Positions 60,193-64,000 of a stretch of 64,000 nucleotides of DNA are shown in pieces. The stretch lies in assembly GCA_025800345.1 (NCBI GenBank), contig JAOXSB010000073.1, forward strand, positions 21,467 through 85,466, written 5' to 3'. A model generated the notes under the pieces. That model was given only the letters and a program-made list of their open reading frames with translations, did no database searches and had not been told where the DNA came from. The position numbers and the translations under genes were made by a program. Every line of letters begins with the position of its first letter. Positions within the stretch are counted from its first letter, which is position 1. The stretch is from Mangrovicoccus sp. GTDB taxonomy: Bacteria > Pseudomonadota > Alphaproteobacteria > Rhodobacterales > Rhodobacteraceae.

Positions 60193-60813
60193 TCAGTCCC
60201 AGCGATAGTTAAAGCTGACGCTGATGCGCTCTTCTTCGGCCATATTCATGGGCACTTCATGGCGCAGCCAGCTTTCCCATAGCAGCACATCCCCCACCGC
60301 CGGTTTGGCATAAACAAAGGTCTGCATCTCTTCGCGGGCGGATTTGCGCCGCGCCGGGGCGGCCATCAACCGGCCCGAACGGGGATCTTCAAGCTTTAGC
60401 GCGCTGGTGCCCTCGGGCATGGAGACATAGGTGGTGCCCGAGATCACCGAATGCGGGTGCAAATGCGAGCTATGGGTGCCGCCTTCGGGCAGGATATTGA
60501 TCCACAGATCTTCGAGCTTGAGTTCGCGCCCATCAAGATCAAATTCCAGATCTTCGGCAAAGGCCGCCACATGTTTATCCAGCGCAGTCACCACATCGGC
60601 AAAAATTGGAAAGCGCCAGGGCAGATCGGTCAGGGAGGCATAGCTGGTATAGCCCGGATAGCCGTTTTCCTCGCACCAGATCTGACCGGCGCTGTCATCC
60701 TCGGCGATAACCAGGCAAGAGTTTTCCAATTCCTGCGGATCGACCTTATCGCCGAACTCGGAAAGCTTGGCGCGGTAAAGACGGGTAACGAAAAGCGATG
60801 TGATCTGTGCCAT
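60193..60813 (-). CDS. 2OG-Fe(II) oxygenase superfamily protein (TIGR02466 / 2OG-FeII_Oxy_5-like)
   Basis: HSSHLHPHSVISGTTYV ... GDVLLWESWLRHEVPMN...ERISVSFNY matches my memory of this family. Confidence 0.7.
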   Translation of the reverse strand: MAQITSLFVTRLYRAKLSEFGDKVDPQELENSCLVIAEDDSAGQIWCEENGYPGYTSYASLTDLPWRFPIFADVVTALDKHVAAFAEDLEFDLDGRELKLEDLWINILPEGGTHSSHLHPHSVISGTTYVSMPEGTSALKLEDPRSGRLMAAPARRKSAREEMQTFVYAKPAVGDVLLWESWLRHEVPMNMAEEERISVSFNYRWD

Positions 60814-60924
60814 GGGCTCTTCCTAGAGCATGGGCGCGGCGGGAAAAACCCCAAGACGCCGCCCTGCCCCGCCCTTAAAAAGGAATTGCTCGCCCGTTCA
60901 ATGATTCCCCCCCAAAGGCCACGC

Positions 60925-61269
60925 ATGACCCGCGCTGAATTCCTTGCGGCGATCGAAATCGCCAGCCGCCCGCCCGCACCTCAGGATCTGAAAGACGCGC
61001 CGATGATCGAGCCCTGGTGGGTGGAGCTCGACGATCAGTTCTTGCATTTGCACGGGCTGGTGCAAGGCCATCCCCTGCTGCCCGATGGGCCAGTGAACAC
61101 CTCGCCGCTTTTGGCATTCGATCTGGAAGTCCGCTGGGCGCGCACTGCCTCGCGCTGGTATCGCCTTGGCCCCACTTGGCAAGGCATGGCACCGCAAGAG
61201 CAAAGCAGCGCCGGGCAATCGCTCAGCGATGGGTTGCGGCAATTGCGGGCGCAATTGCGCAGCCATTAA
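60925..61269 (+). CDS. Hypothetical protein
   Basis: Part of a longer track ORF (60451-61269) that overlaps the oxygenase gene antisense. ATG 60925 (or 60901) gives a non-overlapping 114-aa product. No recognisable domain. Confidence 0.45.
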   Translation: MTRAEFLAAIEIASRPPAPQDLKDAPMIEPWWVELDDQFLHLHGLVQGHPLLPDGPVNTSPLLAFDLEVRWARTASRWYRLGPTWQGMAPQEQSSAGQSLSDGLRQLRAQLRSH

Positions 61270-61290
61270 AACCCGCCCTTCTGGCACCCG

Positions 61291-61332
61291 AAAAAGAAAA
61301 ACCCCCGCCATTTCTGGCAGGGGTTTGATTTT
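61291..61332. terminator. Strong bidirectional hairpin immediately downstream of rplP
   Basis: On the minus strand: ACCCCTGCCA-GAAA-TGGCGGGGGT (one mismatch) followed by TTTTTCTTTTT. On the plus strand it is followed by TTGATTTT. Confidence 0.6.
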
Positions 61333-61356
61333 CATCCGGTCACAAGACCTGCGGAA

Positions 61357-61770
61357 TTACCAATCCTCGCGGACCACGATCCGAGTTTTGATCGGCAGTT
61401 TCATGGCTGCCAGGCGCAGGGCCTCGCGGGCGATGTCTTCGGACACACCGTCCAATTCGAACATCACGCGGCCAGGCTTGACCTTGCACGCCCAGAAATC
61501 AACCGAACCCTTACCTTTACCCATCCGAACTTCGGTGGGCTTCGAGGTCACGGGCAGGTCAGGGAAGATCCGGATCCAGACCCGGCCTTGACGCTTCATG
61601 TGACGCGTCATGGCCCGGCGGGCGGCTTCGATCTGACGCGCAGTGATACGCTCAGGCTGGATCGCTTTCAGGCCATAGGTCCCGAAGGCCAGGGTGGAAC
61701 CACCCTTGGCTTCGCCGTGGATCCGGCCCTTATGCTGCTTGCGGAATTTTGTACGCTTTGGCTGAAGCAT
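61357..61770 (-). CDS. rplP: 50S ribosomal protein L16
   Basis: [16 protein letters not shown]... is canonical L16. Confidence 0.95.
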   Translation of the reverse strand: MLQPKRTKFRKQHKGRIHGEAKGGSTLAFGTYGLKAIQPERITARQIEAARRAMTRHMKRQGRVWIRIFPDLPVTSKPTEVRMGKGKGSVDFWACKVKPGRVMFELDGVSEDIAREALRLAAMKLPIKTRIVVREDW

Positions 61771-61783
61771 TGTTTCTTACTCC

Positions 61784-62506
61784 TCAGCGGTCGCGATCAC
61801 GACGGCCGCCGCCAGCGCCGCGCGGGGCAGGCCCGTCTTGCAGCTCTTGCGATTTCCGGTCGCGCGCAGAAGGATCGTGCTCCATGATCTCGCCTTTGAA
61901 GATCCAGACCTTGATCCCGATGATCCCATAGGGCGTTACCGCCTCGGAATGGGCATAATCGATGTCGGCGCGCAGGGTGTGCAGAGGCACACGGCCTTCG
62001 CGATACCATTCAGTCCGTGCGATCTCGGCACCGCCAAGACGACCGGCCACATTCACACGGATGCCCAGGGCCCCCATGCGCATGGCGTTTTGCACGGCGC
62101 GCTTCATGGCACGACGGAAGCTGACCCGGCGTTCCAGCTGCTGGGCGATGCTTTCGCCAACCAACTGTGCGTCCAGTTCAGGCTTGCGCACTTCCACGAT
62201 GTTCAAGTGCAGCTCGCTGTCGGTCATATTCGCCAGCTTCTTGCGCAGGGTTTCGATATCGGCGCCTTTTTTGCCGATGATCACACCCGGACGTGCGGTG
62301 TGAACCGTCACGCGGCATTTTTTATGCGGGCGCTCGATGATGACGCGGCTGACGCCGGCCTGCTTGCACTCTTTGTGAATGAACTCACGGATTTTCAGGT
62401 CTTCCAGAAGAAGATCCCCGTAATCCTTGGTGTCGGCGTACCAGCGGCTGTCCCAGGTGCGGTTGACCTGGAGGCGCATGCCGATCGGATTAACCTTCTG
62501 ACCCAT
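61784..62506 (-). CDS. rpsC: 30S ribosomal protein S3
   Basis: Canonical S3 with a basic C-terminal extension. Confidence 0.95.
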   Translation of the reverse strand: MGQKVNPIGMRLQVNRTWDSRWYADTKDYGDLLLEDLKIREFIHKECKQAGVSRVIIERPHKKCRVTVHTARPGVIIGKKGADIETLRKKLANMTDSELHLNIVEVRKPELDAQLVGESIAQQLERRVSFRRAMKRAVQNAMRMGALGIRVNVAGRLGGAEIARTEWYREGRVPLHTLRADIDYAHSEAVTPYGIIGIKVWIFKGEIMEHDPSARDRKSQELQDGPAPRGAGGGRRDRDR

Positions 62507-62886
62507 TAGGCTTGCTCCTCGATCTGGCGCACCTTGATGGTGAGCTCGGCGAACGGCTTGTGGATTTTACCAAACCGACCACGGGCCCGCGGGCGACCGC
62601 GCTTCATGGTCAGGTTCTTGCCGACATAGGCTTCGGCCACGATGAGCTCATCCACATCAAGATTGTGGTTGTTCTCAGCATTGGCGATGGCCGATTGCAG
62701 GCATTTCTTCACGTCCATAGCGATACGGCGCTTAGAGAAGGTCAGATCGGACAGAGCCTTTTCCACCTTCTTGCCGCGGATCATCGCTGCAACGAGATTC
62801 AGTTTCTGCGGGCTGGTGCGGAGCATCCGGGCTTTCGCCAGAGCTTCGTTTTCAGCCACGCGGCGGGGGTTTTTATCCTTGCCCAT
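62506..62886 (-). CDS. rplV: 50S ribosomal protein L22
   Basis: Canonical L22. Confidence 0.95.
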   Translation of the reverse strand: MGKDKNPRRVAENEALAKARMLRTSPQKLNLVAAMIRGKKVEKALSDLTFSKRRIAMDVKKCLQSAIANAENNHNLDVDELIVAEAYVGKNLTMKRGRPRARGRFGKIHKPFAELTIKVRQIEEQA

Positions 62887-62889
62887 GAC

Positions 62890-63168
62890 TTACTTCCGTT
62901 TCGCTTTTTTATCGGCCGCGTGACCATAATAGGTCCGGGTCGGAGAATACTCGCCGAATTTCTGGCCGATCATGTCTTCGGACACCATCACAGGGATGTG
63001 CTTGTGACCGTTATAGACACCAAAGGTGAGGCCAACGAATTGCGGCAGAATGGTGGAACGGCGCGACCAGATCTTGATGACCTCGTTCTTGCCGCTCTCG
63101 CGGGATTTCTCGGCCTTTTTGAGGACGTAAGAGTCCACAAAGGGGCCTTTCCAGACGGAACGTGCCAT
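62890..63168 (-). CDS. rpsS: 30S ribosomal protein S19
   Basis: [12 protein letters not shown]... is canonical S19. Confidence 0.95.
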   Translation of the reverse strand: MARSVWKGPFVDSYVLKKAEKSRESGKNEVIKIWSRRSTILPQFVGLTFGVYNGHKHIPVMVSEDMIGQKFGEYSPTRTYYGHAADKKAKRK

Positions 63169-63170
63169 GC

Positions 63171-64000
63171 TTAGCGGCCCTTCTTCTTAGCGTGACGCGA
63201 GCGGATGATGAGCTTCTGCGACGCCTTGTTCGTATCGCGGGTGCGCGCACCCTTGGTCGGCTTACCCCAAGGGGTCACCGGGTGACGACCACCCGAAGTC
63301 CGGCCTTCACCACCACCATGAGGGTGATCGATCGGGTTCATAACCACACCACGCACAGAAGGACGCTTGCCCTTGTGACGCATACGGCCAGCTTTACCGA
63401 AGTTCTGGTTCGAGTTGTCGGGGTTGGACACGGCACCGACGGTGGCCATGCATTCCTGGCGCACCAGGCGCAGTTCGCCCGAGCTCAGACGGATCTGAGC
63501 GTAACCGCCATCGCGACCAACAAACTGAGCATAAGTGCCTGCAGCGCGGGCGATCTGACCGCCTTTTCCGGGCTTAAGCTCGATATTGTGCACGATCGTC
63601 CCGATGGGCATGCCCGAGAAAGGCATTGCGTTGCCGGGTTTGATATCCGCTTTTTCCGAGGAAACGACCTTATCGCCCACAGCCAGACGCTGAGGTGCAA
63701 GGATATAGGCCTGTTCGCCATCGGTATAGACCACCAGCGCGATAAACGCGGTCCGGTTCGGGTCATATTCGATGCGGGTCACCGTGCCGACCACGTCGCG
63801 CTTGGTGCGCTTGAAGTCAACGATGCGGTAAAGACGCTTTGCCCCACCGCCGCGGCGGCGCGAGGTGATCCGTCCGGTGTTGTTCCGGCCGCCCGATTTG
63901 GTCAAACCCTCGGTGAGAGATTTGACCGGACGCCCTTTCCAAAGCTCCGAACGGTCGATCAGAACCAGCCCACGCTGGCCAGGCGTCGTCGGCTTGTACG
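63171..64000 (-). CDS. rplB: 50S ribosomal protein L2 (N-terminus runs off the window)
   Basis: The frame stays open to the window edge and reads [40 protein letters not shown].... The track start at 63905 is an internal TTG (Leu). Confidence 0.95.
   Translation of the reverse strand, partial: YKPTTPGQRGLVLIDRSELWKGRPVKSLTEGLTKSGGRNNTGRITSRRRGGGAKRLYRIVDFKRTKRDVVGTVTRIEYDPNRTAFIALVVYTDGEQAYILAPQRLAVGDKVVSSEKADIKPGNAMPFSGMPIGTIVHNIELKPGKGGQIARAAGTYAQFVGRDGGYAQIRLSSGELRLVRQECMATVGAVSNPDNSNQNFGKAGRMRHKGKRPSVRGVVMNPIDHPHGGGEGRTSGGRHPVTPWGKPTKGARTRDTNKASQKLIIRSRHAKKKGR

Noticed and set aside
60451-60924. Upstream extension of the 60925-61269 ORF (track ORF 60451-61269, 272 aa)
   Set aside because: The extension lies antisense to the 2OG oxygenase-like gene, which has clear family motifs. 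The shorter non-overlapping version is more plausible.

Overview
High-GC alphaproteobacterial (probably Rhodobacterales-like) chromosome segment; all calls are made by eye from the sequence and ORF track, with no database searches. It has two parts.

(1) Positions 1 to about 11.8 kb are an accessory, defence-type island that looks compositionally foreign. It carries:
- an XRE regulator;
- a three-gene AbiEi/AbiEii toxin-antitoxin variant;
- a tightly packed, co-directional seven-gene block (3404-11590).

The seven-gene block encodes, in order:
- a sigma-70 region-4-like protein;
- an HTH protein;
- a 1132-aa ImmA/IrrE-peptidase + UvrD-helicase + Cas4/AddB-type nuclease fusion;
- a tandem-ubiquitin-like + E2-like fusion;
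- a JAB(JAMM) + E1(ThiF) fusion;
- a DUF6527-like Cys-rich protein;
- a CoiA-type nuclease.

This block is my top candidate for a novel composite system: a ubiquitin-like conjugation module of the 6E/Bub type wired to a helicase-nuclease/ImmA sensor and a nuclease.

(2) From 11.9 kb onward the window is housekeeping:
- nrdJ, gatCA, RNase P RNA, rpmG;
- a PDH complex (aceE-aceF-lpdA), dld, a TRAP transporter, a GntR regulator;
- the aapJQMP amino-acid ABC transporter, rarA;
- the S10-spc-alpha ribosomal protein cluster.

The ribosomal cluster is interrupted twice:
- A 7.1-kb block sits between rplO and rpmD. It contains an alpha/beta hydrolase, a GH25 lysozyme, an HDAC-like protein and xseB-ispA-dxs.
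- A 1.8-kb partly AT-rich cassette sits between rplP and rpmC. It carries an (AACGAC)x8.7 microsatellite, an HTH gene, a 2OG-Fe(II) oxygenase-like gene and strong terminators.

No rRNA, tRNA, CRISPR array, transposase or integrase was seen.
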